The notes under the pieces: model-generated
Seen by the model: only the letters and a program-made list of their open reading frames with translations
What the model was told of the DNA's origin: nothing
The model's database searches: none
NCBI RefSeq assembly: GCF_001194135.2
Contig: NC_069005.1
Location: forward strand, 26,812,571-26,845,963
DNA: 33,393 bases
Source of the DNA: Octopus bimaculoides
Taxonomy: Eukaryota
Direction: 5' to 3'
Translations under genes and position numbers: made by a program
Shown here: piece after piece, positions 1 to 12,421 of the stretch
Numbering within the stretch: position 1 is the stretch's first letter
Layout of the letters: each line of letters starts with the position of its first letter

Positions 1-319
1 TATATATATATATATGGTCATGCGATGCATATGAATGAAGACAGCCGCATAGAGAAGTGCTGGTCTCTCCAATTGAGGAGGAGACATGTCAAAGGGGCAG
101 ACCCAGGAAGTTGTGGGACACTAGGCCTTACTGAGGAGATGACAAAGGACCAAGACATACACACAGGTACACCCCTCTGTCAGCCAAGAGGTCCTTGTCC
201 TCCAGGCTCACATTTGCAGGCGTCACATAAAAGCACCCATGTTGGTACCACATTAGAAGGCACCCATGCCATTGCCACATATAATGCACCTGTGCCAGTG
301 CCATGTATAATGTGCATGA

Positions 320-450
320 CAAGCTTCTCTCAGTTTCAACCAACCAAATCCACTCAAAAGGATTTGGCTGGCCCTGGGCCTAGAGTAGAAAACACTTGAC
401 TCAGGTGCCACGCAGTGAGACTGAACCCAGAACCATATGATTGGACAGCA
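320..450 (-). mobile_element. Dispersed SINE-like repeat (family D)
   Basis: Reverse-complement similarity to 25175-25290 (GTGGCACCTTGGGCAAG ... GAGTGGATTTGGT ... AAACTGA). Confidence 0.65.
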
Positions 451-1099
451 AACTTGTCTTATAATAACTAGTATTTCTACATCATCATCAGCAGCAACAC
501 AATCAGTTTTAATTATTTTTCTGACCTACTGGGACAGATCAATGGGTTTGCAATACATCAATTTTATACACACTTCAGTCTAACAAGCCAAGTCAGTCAC
601 CAAATCTGCGAGAAATAGCAGCCAAACTTCCCTCAAATCACATGTTACAAGCTTCAATAAAGACGGTTACAGTAGAGAAGAAATGTGGACCCTGATATAG
701 AAAAAAGACAAGATGGTCATGGCTAGAACACCTTTGATTATGAGTCCGCTCAACCAGAGCTTGCCAGGGGCTAAGCAACATTATTTTTATCTTAAAATAC
801 AGTTTTTTCATGACATCACATGTCTCTAGGTTGAGCCCCAGATTTCTTTCTTATTTTTTTTTTTTGTTTTGTTTTCCCCAAATTCTCCCTTTCTCTGTCT
901 CTGCCCTGCATGATTTCTGCTGTTAGGTCTATTTATAAATTCACTGTTGTTTCTAGCCACAGTGTGGCAGCACGAGGCACAGTTAAATATAATTAAAACT
1001 AGGTCTGCACTGTTAAGAGCACTCTTTCTTTCTCTCTCTCAAGTATTTCATTCAGGATGTACCACATAATAATGAACACTCCCCTTCTCCCTCTTCACT

Positions 1100-1124
1100 G
1101 TCTCCCTTGTTTTCTTTCTTTCTT

Positions 1125-1156
<32 letters not shown>

Positions 1157-1302
1157 CCTCCACACACTTGCTACTTTATAACTATGCACATATATACACA
1201 CGCAATTACAACTACATAAAAATTGCAGTTTACCAAGAATTCCCATCCAGAACACCTGGAAAATAGACACACACACACACACATTCACACACAGCAGAAG
1301 CC

Positions 1303-1361
<59 letters not shown>

Positions 1362-1374
1362 TGTGAGTGTGTGT
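1100..1374. repeat. (CT)n, (CA)n and (GT)n microsatellites
   Basis: Directly visible at about 1100-1157, 1267-1292 and 1309-1374. Confidence 0.95.
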
Positions 1375-1871
1375 GAGAGTAAGAGAGAGTAAACTAAGTT
1401 TAATATTCTATACTTTAATACCATAAGTGTATCATTAACTAACATTTATGCACATAACACACTGCATCTTCTAATTTTCTTATGATGCATTTGTGTGCGT
1501 ATATTAACATCAGGAGGCACTCCACCACCACCACCGACTTTGTTTCCTCATAACCTTCAGAAAAATGAGTACTTTTTAATGGAATTTTCTATATACGCAC
1601 TTCAGATGGTGTAGATTCCGATTATATTAGAATTTGCTGCAATAGTTTTCTTGTTTTTCTTTTTATAGAGCGGAAGAGGAGTTTTGGAAAATTCCCACAA
1701 GTCGGTTTCAGAAAAATGGGTATTTGTAGCAAATTTCAATAAGAAATACCCATTTTTTCTGAAAGTTATGAAAGCCAGCTCATGTGAATTCTCTGAAATT
1801 CCTCTCTGCACCCTCTGAAAATCTTTTTGCACAACAAATTTCAATATAATCAGATCTGCACACACAAGCTA

Positions 1872-2142
1872 CACACAAGGCCTGAATTTAAGGGGAGGGG
1901 TTAAGTCAATTACACTGACCCCAGTACTCAACTGGTACTTAATTTATCAACCCTGAAAGGATGAAAGGCAAAGTCAACCTCAACGGAACTTGAACTCAGA
2001 ACATAGCAACAGGGGAAATATCACTAAGCTTTTCACCTGGTCTGCTAATGANNNNNNNNNNCTTGAACTCAGAACATAGCAACAGGGGAAATATCACTAA
2101 GCTTTTCACCTGGTCTGCTAATGATTCTGCCAGGTCATCACC

Positions 2143-2173
<31 letters not shown>

Positions 2174-2390
2174 TCCTTTCTACTATAGGCATAAGGTCTG
2201 AAATTTTAGGGGAAAGGACTAGTTAACTACATCAACCCGTATTTCACTGGCACTTAATTTATCGACCCCGAAAGGATGAAAGGCAAAGTCGACCTCGGCG
2301 GAATTTGAACTCAGAACGTAAAGATAGACAAAATACGGCTAAGCATTTCGTCCGGCGTGCTAACGTTTCTGCCAACTCGCCGCCTTGATG

Positions 2391-2440
<50 letters not shown>

Positions 2441-2577
2441 CCCTTCTACTTTAGGCACAAGGCCTGAAATTTTGAGGAGGGTTAAGTCGATTACATCGAC
2501 CCCAGTGCTCAACTGGTACTTAATTTATCGACCCCGAAAGGATGAAAGGCAAAGTCAACCTAGGCAGAATTTGAACT
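1872..2577 (-). mobile_element. Three adjacent copies of a tRNA-derived SINE (family A): about 1872-2142, 2143-2384 and 2388-2577 (5'-truncated)
   Basis: On the minus strand, the head GGCGGCGAGTTGGCAGAAACG is A-box-like and GAGTTCAAATTCC is a B-box. The copies share the core GGTCGACTTTGCCTTTCATCCTTTCGGGGTCGATAAATTAAG, and two end in (TTA)n tails. Confidence 0.85.
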
Positions 2578-3713
2578 ATGATAATAATAATTTCTTTTAT
2601 TTGTCACAAGGGCGATGGACGAGGCGAAGCAATGCATAGAAAACACTAAGGGATTTACATATAATGAAATCATTAGATCATCATCATAATAGATAATTAC
2701 ACACAAAACACTACATAAATTATGTACAAAACGCGGCAGAGAAATTGTTTTCATTTTTTTTTTTTAAATGAAAATACGAAGATATCAGGAGCCGAGCGAG
2801 TGAGTGACTGTACGAGGTTGTGTGAGCTGTCATCAACAACGCATCATGTTTCAGCTGGTCGTGGGTCCTGTTACACATGAATTAGGATAGAGANNNNNNN
2901 NNNNNNNNNNNNNNNNNNNNNNNNNNNNNNNNNNNNNNNNNNNNNNNNNNNNNNNNNNNNNNNNNNNNNNNNNNNNNNNNNNNNNNNNNNNNNNNNNNNN
3001 NNNNNNNNNNNNNNNNNNNNNNNNNNNNNNNNNNNNNNNNNNNNNNNNNNNNNNNNNNNNNNNNNNNNNNNNNNNNNNNNNNNNNNNNNNNNNNNNNNNN
3101 NNNNNNNNNNNNNNNNNNNNNNNNNNNNNNNNNNNNNNNNNNNNNNNNNNNNNNNNNNNNNNNNNNNNNNNNNNNNNNNNNNNNNNNNNNNNNNNNNNNN
3201 NNNNNNNNNNNNNNNNNNNNNNNNNNNNNNNNNNNNNNNNNNNNNNNNNNNNNNNNNNNNNNNNNNNNNNNNNNNNNNNNNNNNNNNNNNNNNNNNNNNN
3301 NNNNNNNNNNNNNNNNNNNNNNNNNNNNNNNNNNNNNNNNNNNNNNNNNNNNNNNNNNNNNNNNNNNNNNNNNNNNNNNNNNNNNNNNNNNNNNNNNNNN
3401 NNNNNNNNNNNNNNNNNNNNNNNNNNNNNNNNNNNNNNNNNNNNNNNNNNNNNNNNNNNNNNNNNNNNNNNNNNNNNNNNNNNNNNNNNNNNNNNNNNNN
3501 NNNNNNNNNNNNNNNNNNNNNNNNNNNNNNNNNNNNNNNNNNNNNNNNNNNNNNNNNNNNNNNNNNNNNNNNNNNNNNNNNNNNNNNNNNNNNNNNNNNN
3601 NNNNNNNNNNNNNNNNNNNNNNNNNNNNNNNNNNNNNNNNNNNNNNNNNNNNNNNNNNNNNNNNNNNNNNNNNNNNNNNNNNNNNNNNNNNNNNNNNNNN
3701 NNNNNNNNNNNNN

Positions 3714-3950
3714 GTTAAGTCGATTACATCGACCCCAGTGCTCAACTGGTACTTAATTTATCGACCCCGAAAGGATGAAAGGTGAAGTCGACCTCGGCGG
3801 GGTTTGATCACGGAACGAAGACCTGATGAAAGTCGACCTGGTTAGTGTTTGCGGGAAAATAAGGGTAGTGTAAACGAGATGCAATCGATCGATTCCCGAT
3901 TTATTGGTGAGGGATTATTTATCGACCTCGACGAGATCTGAACCCAGATG
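3714..3950 (-). mobile_element. SINE family A copy plus a more degenerate fragment
   Basis: GTTAAGTCGATTACATCGACCCCAGTGCTCAACTGGTACTTAATTTATCGACCCCGAAAGGATGAAAGG is shared with the copy at about 2480-2550. Confidence 0.8.
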
Positions 3951-4469
3951 TTTACCGTTTATACAAAAGATACTGGATTCTGTGTTGTCGTGGAATGTAC
4001 TGCTCGTACGCACACGCACAACACACACTCAGATGCACAAACTAAAAATAAGGCTACCCATGCATGCATGTGTGTGTACGTAAACTAGAGAGTAAGCCTG
4101 TATATGTGTGTGTGTGTATATATAGGCATTCATAATTGTAGTTTTACTTAGGTTTTTTTTACGAGTAGCTTACAAGTAACATGCACACATACATACACAC
4201 ACACACATATAGCAGGGAAGAAACAAAGATGAAATGGGCGTGGCAGAGATGGGAAAAGATGACAGTTAAGGCAAGACAAAGTCTCCTAGCAGACAAACGT
4301 AGAATAACCACTTAAATATTCTATCTTTGCTAGTCTCAAAGACAGATTTGGGCACAAATATGGCGACTGTTATTATATAGATTATTCCGTCTATATAATA
4401 GCACAGCTGTTATTCAACAGTACTATTGTGTGTATGTAAACACACACACACAACCATGTATATATGGGT

Positions 4470-5230
4470 ATACATACAGATGTATGTATATACATATATA
4501 TATATACATACATGTCTATACATATATGTCTATATACACATATATATACATACATGTCTATATATATACATGTCTATATGTACATATACATACATGTCTA
4601 TATATATACATGTCTATATGTACATATATATACATACATGTCTATATATATACATGTCTATATGTACATATATATACATACATGTCTATATGTACATATA
4701 TATACATACATGTCTATATATACATATATATACATACATGTCTATATATACATACATGTCTATATATACATATATATACATACATGTCTATATATACATA
4801 TATATACATACATGTCTATATATACATATATATACATACATGTCTATATATACATATATATACATATCTATATATATACATGTCTATATGTACATATATA
4901 TACATACATACATGTCTATATATGCATATATATATATATATATATACATATATATAGACATACATGTTTATATAGACATACATATCTATACATATATATA
5001 TACATACATGCCTATATATACATACACGTCTGTATATACATATATATAATATATGTATATGCATATACCTACAGGTATATATATATATACATACACACAC
5101 CTACATGTAAATACATTCATATATAAAACCCACATGCATGTATATAAATATATGCATACACGTATGTATGCATACATATATATCCATGCAACTATGTATG
5201 GTGTGTGTATATATATATATGTACATGTAT
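4470..5230. repeat. Compound (TA)n/TACATGTC low-complexity satellite
   Basis: Recurrent TATATATACATACATGTC units; source of the spurious YIYI-rich ORFs. Confidence 0.95.
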
Positions 5231-8200
5231 GTATGTACTCATATACACGTGTGCCTAACAGATGTCAGTATGTATTGAATAAGTATATGAAGCGTATTAC
5301 TATATGAATGCATGGTGAGAGAGACAGAGTGGGGGTAAACGGTTCCTGTATGTGCATTGAGAAAGAATCCATGCCGCCACAATAACCGATAAAAAAAAAT
5401 CTGATATTAGTAATATCAAGTAAGCATATGTAGACACACACACATACTCATGTGGGGCTAATTATGTCTCGGAAATGTCTCTTAAGGAAGCATGTTTTTG
5501 CCAAGGAAGGAAGACAGTTGTTCGTTGCTTTAATAGTCTTTACCAAAATGGAACAGTTGTCATTATGTCACCAGAATAATCTGAAAGGGTTCACCAGCCA
5601 ACAAAACAGGTCGCCCCACTTAAAGAGCAGTAACAATAAACTCCATAACCGCTAAAACTCGACCAATTTCTGTAAAACACCGTACTTTGTCCTTTTTTTT
5701 CTATTCAATTATTTCCTCAATTTTAAATTGCTGTGTGTCGCTCTCTTTTGTATCACACACAAACCTGCGCCGATACTCGGGTTTTCTATTTTAACCTACA
5801 CTTTCCCTTCATTCGTATATATATAGTATTCACTATCTTTCACTTTCACAAAGAGAGACACTCATTAGTTCGCTAAACTCTTTCACTTAGTCTCGCTAAT
5901 AACACACATTCTTTTATTCACAGGCACATGTTTTCACACACGCACTTACTCATTCACAATCATATATATATATATTATATATTCACACACAATCGTGCAT
6001 TTCTTACAAGCACCACATTCCCTTACTCCTGCTTTAAAGCTTTCTTTCATTCACACGCACACATACACACACGATCTACTCGCATACATTTACAGACATA
6101 CATACAACCCTCACATATATGCATTCCACTCAAGCATACGCACAAACACACCTCATTAAATGGTAAAACGGAGCCAACGCGAGTCGCTCAACCCGCTAGA
6201 AATAACCTAAATCCCCACCTTCAAATCACACTCTCTTACCATATTCGAAACGAAGAACAGACTCACTGGACGATGAAGTCATAGATAGATATAGAATACA
6301 AGAGAGGTGATCGTGTTTGGGACACCTTCCGGCCATGAACTGAGACGGAACAACAGTTTAAACTTAATGACAATAACTTTTATGACTGCAAAAAGGTAGG
6401 TGGCGATGGACTGAATAATAAACCCAGACGAAAGAAGAAAATTCTAATTGAAATATCCCTCTTGGATGGAGAACGGAACAAAAACCTAGGGGAGGCGGCA
6501 ATCGTTAATGGATGATAATGATATCTGTTGTTGTTTAGCGCCTGGTCAGTCCTGATCGAGGAAAGCTGCGCTCAAAGCTGTTACAAACATTTCCATTCTA
6601 TTCTCGGAAATCTGAGTACCTGAGATTGCGTTATCTAGTGTGTGACACCCTTTTCTTATCGGTAGAATATAGTTTCAAAGAGATGGAGAGATATAGATGC
6701 TATTTCTAGCAATTCGAGCGATCACATAGAGGTTCATTCGTCGGTTATGTTGCTCTTCAATAACGAAAGATATTCTTTATCGTCACCATCCTGCTTTCTT
6801 GGCGCTAAAGAGTAATTTCAGAGACCCGTCTGCTATTTCTACAAATTCGAGTGACCACATAGAGGCTCCTTCATCGGTTATACTCTTGTTCGATGATAAA
6901 AAGGCATCCCCTTCCATGACAATCCTGCCTTTTTGGCGGATAGTGTAATTTAGAGATTTGGCTACTATTTCTAGCAAGTCGATCGACCAGATAGAGGCTC
7001 CTTGGTTGGTGATGGTCTGGTTCAATGATGAAAGGCAATCATTCCCACGACCACCCTGTCTTTTAATTCATATATCAAGAAGTACATTGTCCCTAATATC
7101 GTTCCATTTTAAAACGACAGGGGTATATTTTAAAAGAACTTTAAAGGAAATTTGAACGTTTAGCATGTCGAGAGACTCCATAGAGGTCCTCTGGTTGTTC
7201 TTCCGTTGTTGGTGTAGGTTTAATTACGCGAGCCGTTCCTTACTTTGAAACCTAAAATATCGAGTCACTGCGGGAGAGGAAATGAGGAAAAAGTGTTTAG
7301 CCTGCTTTCTAACACGAGAACCAACATTAAAAGCAGACACGTAATTGTGGGGGCTCTTAAGGAATTCGTTCGACTTAATACAAATAGCAGTCAAATCTCC
7401 CACAAATCGCACAGTTTAAAAAAAAAATAGGTGGGGGCGGAAAGATATTTAGGTAAATGTAGATGTAGTGCTACATATTTCTAAAAATATAAGGGGGTNN
7501 NNNNNNNNNNNNNNNNNNNNNNNNNNNNNNNNNNNNNNNNNNNNNNNNNNNNNNNNNNNNNNNNNNNNNNNNNNNNNNNNNNNNNNNNNNNNNNNNNNNN
7601 NNNNNNNNNNNNNNNNNNNNNNNNNNNNNNNNNNNNNNNNNNNNNNNNNNNNNNNNNNNNNNNNNNNNNNNNNNNNNNNNNNNNNNNNNNNNNNNNNNNN
7701 NNNNNNNNNNNNNNNNNNNNNNNNNNNNNNNNNNNNNNNNNNNNNNNNNNNNNNNNNNNNNNNNNNNNNNNNNNNNNNNNNNNNNNNNNNNNNNNNNNNN
7801 NNNNNNNNNNNNNNNNNNNNNNNNNNNNNNNNNNNNNNNNNNNNNNNNNNNNNNNNNNNNNNNNNNNNNNNNNNNNNNNNNNNNNNNNNNNNNNNNNNNN
7901 NNNNNNNNNNNNNNNNNNNNNNNNNNNNNNNNNNNNNNNNNNNNNNNNNNNNNNNNNNNNNNNNNNNNNNNNNNNNNNNNNNNNNNNNNNNNNNNNNNNN
8001 NNNNNNNNNNNNNNNNNNNNNNNNNNNNNNNNNNNNNNNNNNNNNNNNNNNNNNNNNNNNNNNNNNNNNNNNNNNNNNNNNNNNNNNNNNNNNNNNNNNN
8101 NNNNNNNNNNNNNNNNNNNGAGGGGGGGGGGAGCTAGTGTCAATTAAGCTGCCCCGGCAGTACTTAACGGGTGCTTATTTTAATAATATTAATTATCATG

Positions 8201-8599
8201 ACGATAAATAACAATGATTAATTTATTGCCACAAGGGCATTGGCTGAGTGACATTACAAGCAGAAGTGTGTAATAGATTAAATCATCAAACTTGGAAAAG
8301 ATGAATACGCAAAAGGAGGTTGAAAAACTCAACCAAGGGCCGAGTTTGAGCACAGAACACAGAATGACGAGGCGAAATTACTGCGAGACATTTTTATCCG
8401 GTATTTTGTGCAAATTCTGCCAATTCGTCCTAATGATTGTAGTTTATTTTCTCTTTAAAAATTAGGTGTTGCTATTTATATATTTTCACTTTTTTGTAGT
8501 AATTTCTTTATTCCCACCCCCCGTCATTGACACGATTAAATCCGGAAAGGAAACTATTTGAAGATAGAGGTTTCGAAAAATAAGGAAAGGAATTCTTCG

Positions 8600-9475
8600 A
8601 AGACATAGACAAATCGACCAGAGTAGACATAGATAAATAGAAGATAGATACGGATAGACAGTGAGATAGATTCAGATAGATAGTNNNNNNNNNNNNNNNN
8701 NNNNNNNNNNNNNNNNNNNNNNNNNNNNNNNNNNNNNNNNNNNNNNNNNNNNNNNNNNNNNNNNNNNNNNNNNNNNNNNNNNNNNNNNNNNNNNNNNNNN
8801 NNNNNNNNNNNNNNNNNNNNNNNNNNNNNNNNNNNNNNNNNNNNNNNNNNNNNNNNNNNNNNNNNNNNNNGATAAATAGAAGATAGATACGGATAGACAG
8901 TGAGATAGATTCAGATAGATAGTAAGCAGGTAAAAATAGACAGGCACATACAGATAGAGAGTTAAATACAGGTAGACAGAAACGGATAGACTGTGAGATA
9001 GACAGACATTTGGGGAGAGACAGGCGTTTAGAGACAGATAGATCGATTGATAGATAGATAGACAGACAGACATGCATTTAGAGATACATAGACAGACAGA
9101 CATTTACAGATAGATAGACTATTAAACAGGCATTTAGAGAGAGAGAGACAGGCATTTAGAGAGAGAGAGACAGGCATTTAGAGAGAGAGAGAGACAGGCA
9201 TTTAGAGAGAGAGAGAGAGAGACAAGCATTTAGAGACAGACAGATAGATAGATAGACAGACATGCATTTAGAGATACATAGACAGACAGACAGATAGATA
9301 GACTATTAAACAGGCATTTAGAGAGAGAGAGAGAGAGAGAGGCATTTAGAGACAGATAGACAGACAGGTATTTCTAGACAGGTAGAAAAACAGGCACTTA
9401 GAGATAGGCGTTTAAAGAGACAGACAAGCATTTAGAGACAGACAGACATAGAAAGAAAGAAAGAAAGAAAACTAC
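8600..9475. repeat. Compound GATA/GACA/(GA)n satellite in ACAP intron 1
   Basis: Purine-rich units such as ACAGGCATTTAGAGAGAGAG repeated several times. Confidence 0.9.
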
Positions 9476-9549
9476 AGTAATGGGAGATTTAACTTAAGGA
9501 AATAACGATCGGTTTAGGAAAAAAGCGATAAACAATAAACTTGACTTAC

Positions 9550-9602
9550 CTGAAGTATGGTGAGTCTTTCAGACATTCCCTAAATTCAATAACGGGTCTC
9601 AT
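9550..9602 (-). CDS. ACAP: First coding exon of ACAP / centaurin-beta family Arf-GAP (BAR-PH-ArfGAP-ANK); only the N-terminus is visible
   Basis: The reverse complement reads ATG AGA CCC GTT ATT GAA TTT AGG GAA TGT CTG AAA GAC TCA CCA TAC TTC AG|GTAAGT = MRPVIEFRECLKDSPYFR. This matches the ACAP N-terminal motif (human ACAP2 MKMTVDFEECLKDSPRFR). It has a consensus donor, a 53-nt phase-2 exon and A at -3. No downstream exon was recognised in 1-9549; it may lie in a gap or outside the window. Confidence 0.85.
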
Positions 9603-9969
9603 AGTTTGTGTTGAGAGAGGAAAAATGGTTTTGATTAAGTTTTGTTGTCGGTTTTTTTTGGAAAGTTTCAGCAGTGGTAAAAAAAAAAAGTCAAAAAAGT
9701 TAGTGAAGCCAACACAGTTGTCTACAGATCACCATGACATAACTAACGCACTGGCGATTCCTTAAAAACTTGATATAATAATTTTTGGTTTGTGATGGTA
9801 GAGAGAAGGCGGGGTGTTTTAATTTGGTCTTTTGATTTAAAATGAATGATTGCGTCGAGAGATTGTTGTTTGTTTGTCTGTCTGTCACTGACGTGAAATA
9901 TAAATATTACCCTATCTACCAACTTCCATGTTTACTACTTGTGAATCACAAACACCGAGCTATACTATC

Positions 9970-10088
9970 TAACAGCAGCAGCAGCGGTGGTACTAACAAG
10001 TAGTAGCAGCAGCAGCAGCGGTACTATAACAAGTAGTAGCAGCAGCACTACTAACAAGTAGTAGTAATAGCTACAGCAGCAGCAGCAG
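9970..10088. repeat. Interrupted CAG/TAG trinucleotide repeat upstream of the ACAP ATG
   Basis: (CAG)n runs interleaved with ACAAGTAGTAG units. Confidence 0.85.
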
Positions 10089-11118
10089 TAGACGATTAAC
10101 GGAGAGGTGGCGTACATAACCGAGAACAAGACGGAAATTACCGACCATGAACGACACTCCACGATACTTTTAATATCTTTTTCGCTATTTTCTCTCTATT
10201 TCCGATTTTTTTTTATAATATTATACTAAATATTGAAACTTTTTAAACTAAACAGAATTTATTTACTAAACAAAAATATATCTTATTTGTAATTTTAAAA
10301 ATATATTCAATAATTTTTTTTTTTTTTGCGGTGTTAGTTCTCGTGGTCACGAGTTATGCCCTTATATGTACATAGAGCAACATACATGTATATATATATA
10401 TATAAATATCTCTACCAGCCACAGCGTCTTCGTCTTGAAGCCGTCACTTTGAGCACATCTTCATCTTAACTAAGGACAAAGGGTAAAAATCTTATTATAT
10501 CACCTGTATTAGTTGCAAATCCCTTTAACCTCTTACCCTTTTTTGTTGTTAAACCTCAAAGCCTTCACCACTACCAATGTTATTTAATAAGTTTTAAACA
10601 CGAATGAATATGTAATATCTCTATTATACATAATCACCATCCCTATGACCTTGACTTGGTGTCCTTGACACAACGTCCTTGAAGCTGGAATTTTTAAAGG
10701 CTTTACAGTTTTTTAGATTTATTCTCTTTCTGTTGCTGATTAATAATAATTTTAAAGAAAAGAAGAACGATTTGGGTTTTTTTTTTTCCCCAATTATTGG
10801 CTTTTGATTTAAACTAAACGAAGAAAAACTTAGAGAAACCATTGGCCATCAGATTTCTTATTTTTTCAGCTCAACGTATATTTTCGTTTTCTTGTCTAAT
10901 CTTGTTTGTGTCTGATAAATTCTGTATATTCACAGACATCTTGGACACTGGCTAATATTATTAGAAACATCCTACATGCTTATATTAATTATACATGCAT
11001 GGGTATAAATATGTTAGGTTATATATCTATATATATATATATATGTGTGTGATCAATGTATGTATGCAGGTATATATATATATATATATATATGTGTGAT
11101 CAATGTATGTATGCAGGT

Positions 11119-11152
<34 letters not shown>

Positions 11153-11500
11153 ATGTTGGACTAACGATCATGGATTAAATATTTTTTTTTCGCCTTCAGT
11201 TATCTTTCTGCTTAGTAGCAAGACAGATTCTTTTTCAACTTGTCACCTTGTCACCCACTAGGACAACATATATATATATAATGTTTGGTGGTGCAAACAG
11301 GATATTAATGTCTTAAAATATGAGTATTCGTATATTTGTTTTATTTAATATGTAGCAGAAGCAACAGTAACTCAAGGGCCGGATAGTTTCTTGCGTTGAC
11401 AATTATTATGTTATATTGTCCATTTTAATATATTATTTTGGTAAGTGCAAACGCACGAAACTCTCGGTTCTTGAGTCACTCATTTGCTTCTACCAAATAT

Positions 11501-11541
<41 letters not shown>

Positions 11542-11695
11542 GCTCAATCTTCACAGATGCATATGTGCAGACTAACATAAATTATACACAAATGTGTTAT
11601 AACTTTAATATTAATAAATGCATAATTATTGTGTAAATATATATATATACATAGGTGCTATATACACCAAATATATAATTATTATATGCATAATT

Positions 11696-11732
<37 letters not shown>

Positions 11733-12371
11733 CTCGGATACTATTGATCACGGAATCAGTGACGTCATCGACGATATTCATGAAACTGACTATTTAACTT
11801 CAATATTTCGCTTTGCACACTTTACCCTTAATTTTCTTTTCGCTTCACAAATCTTGGTGGGGTCGGACGTGGGCGGGATCGAGCTACGTATTTATTTATT
11901 TATCCCTTGTGTCGACCGATTGAGTACCAGTAAGATATTGAGGACCGTGTGTAGGCTATCTATTTACCCCCACCCTCTTGATTCGCTGAAATGAGTATAT
12001 AAGTACCGCTCTGATAACTTGTGTACCTGTAATTCGATCGGCCGGTCTTGTCACAACACGACTGTAATCACCTGATCGTGCTGGAAGATTGATTCCGAGA
12101 AGAGTACAAGTGTGTATGGAATATCCAGCCGCATACACACATGTGTGTATAATTCATTTAAAATGCAGAGATGCCTATAATAGGACATCTACTCGCTAGA
12201 AATAGCAGCAAAAGACTATATACCACAAAAATTAGGGATAATTTCGAAAGGAAATATATATATACACATGTGTGTATATATATATATATATATATAGCAT
12301 ACAATAACGGAATATTAAATAGCCACGGTTAAGTGTGTGTGTGTGTGTGTATATGTATATATATATGTGTA

Positions 12372-12421
<50 letters not shown>

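Noticed and set aside
25-399. 124-aa plus-strand ORF at the window start
   Set aside because: No homology recognised, and its 3' part runs into a dispersed repeat (family D).
1267-1374. (CA)n facing (TG)n, able to form a hairpin
   Set aside because: Both are very common microsatellites in this genome, so their proximity is unremarkable.
1989-2124. Exact 63-nt direct duplication (1989-2051 and 2062-2124)
   Set aside because: It sits on both sides of a 10-N gap, typical of unmerged overlapping contig ends.
4371-4400. 11-bp perfect inverted repeat TATTATATAGA / TCTATATAATA
   Set aside because: Short and almost all A/T; expected by chance in this composition.
4426-5307. Long overlapping ORFs (up to 220 aa) rich in Y, I, H, T and C
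   Set aside because: They are translations of a TA/TACATG satellite that lacks stop codons in several frames, with no protein-like complexity.
8632-8923. Exact 53-nt direct duplication (8632-8684 and 8871-8923)
   Set aside because: It flanks an N-gap within a satellite and is most likely an assembly overlap artefact.
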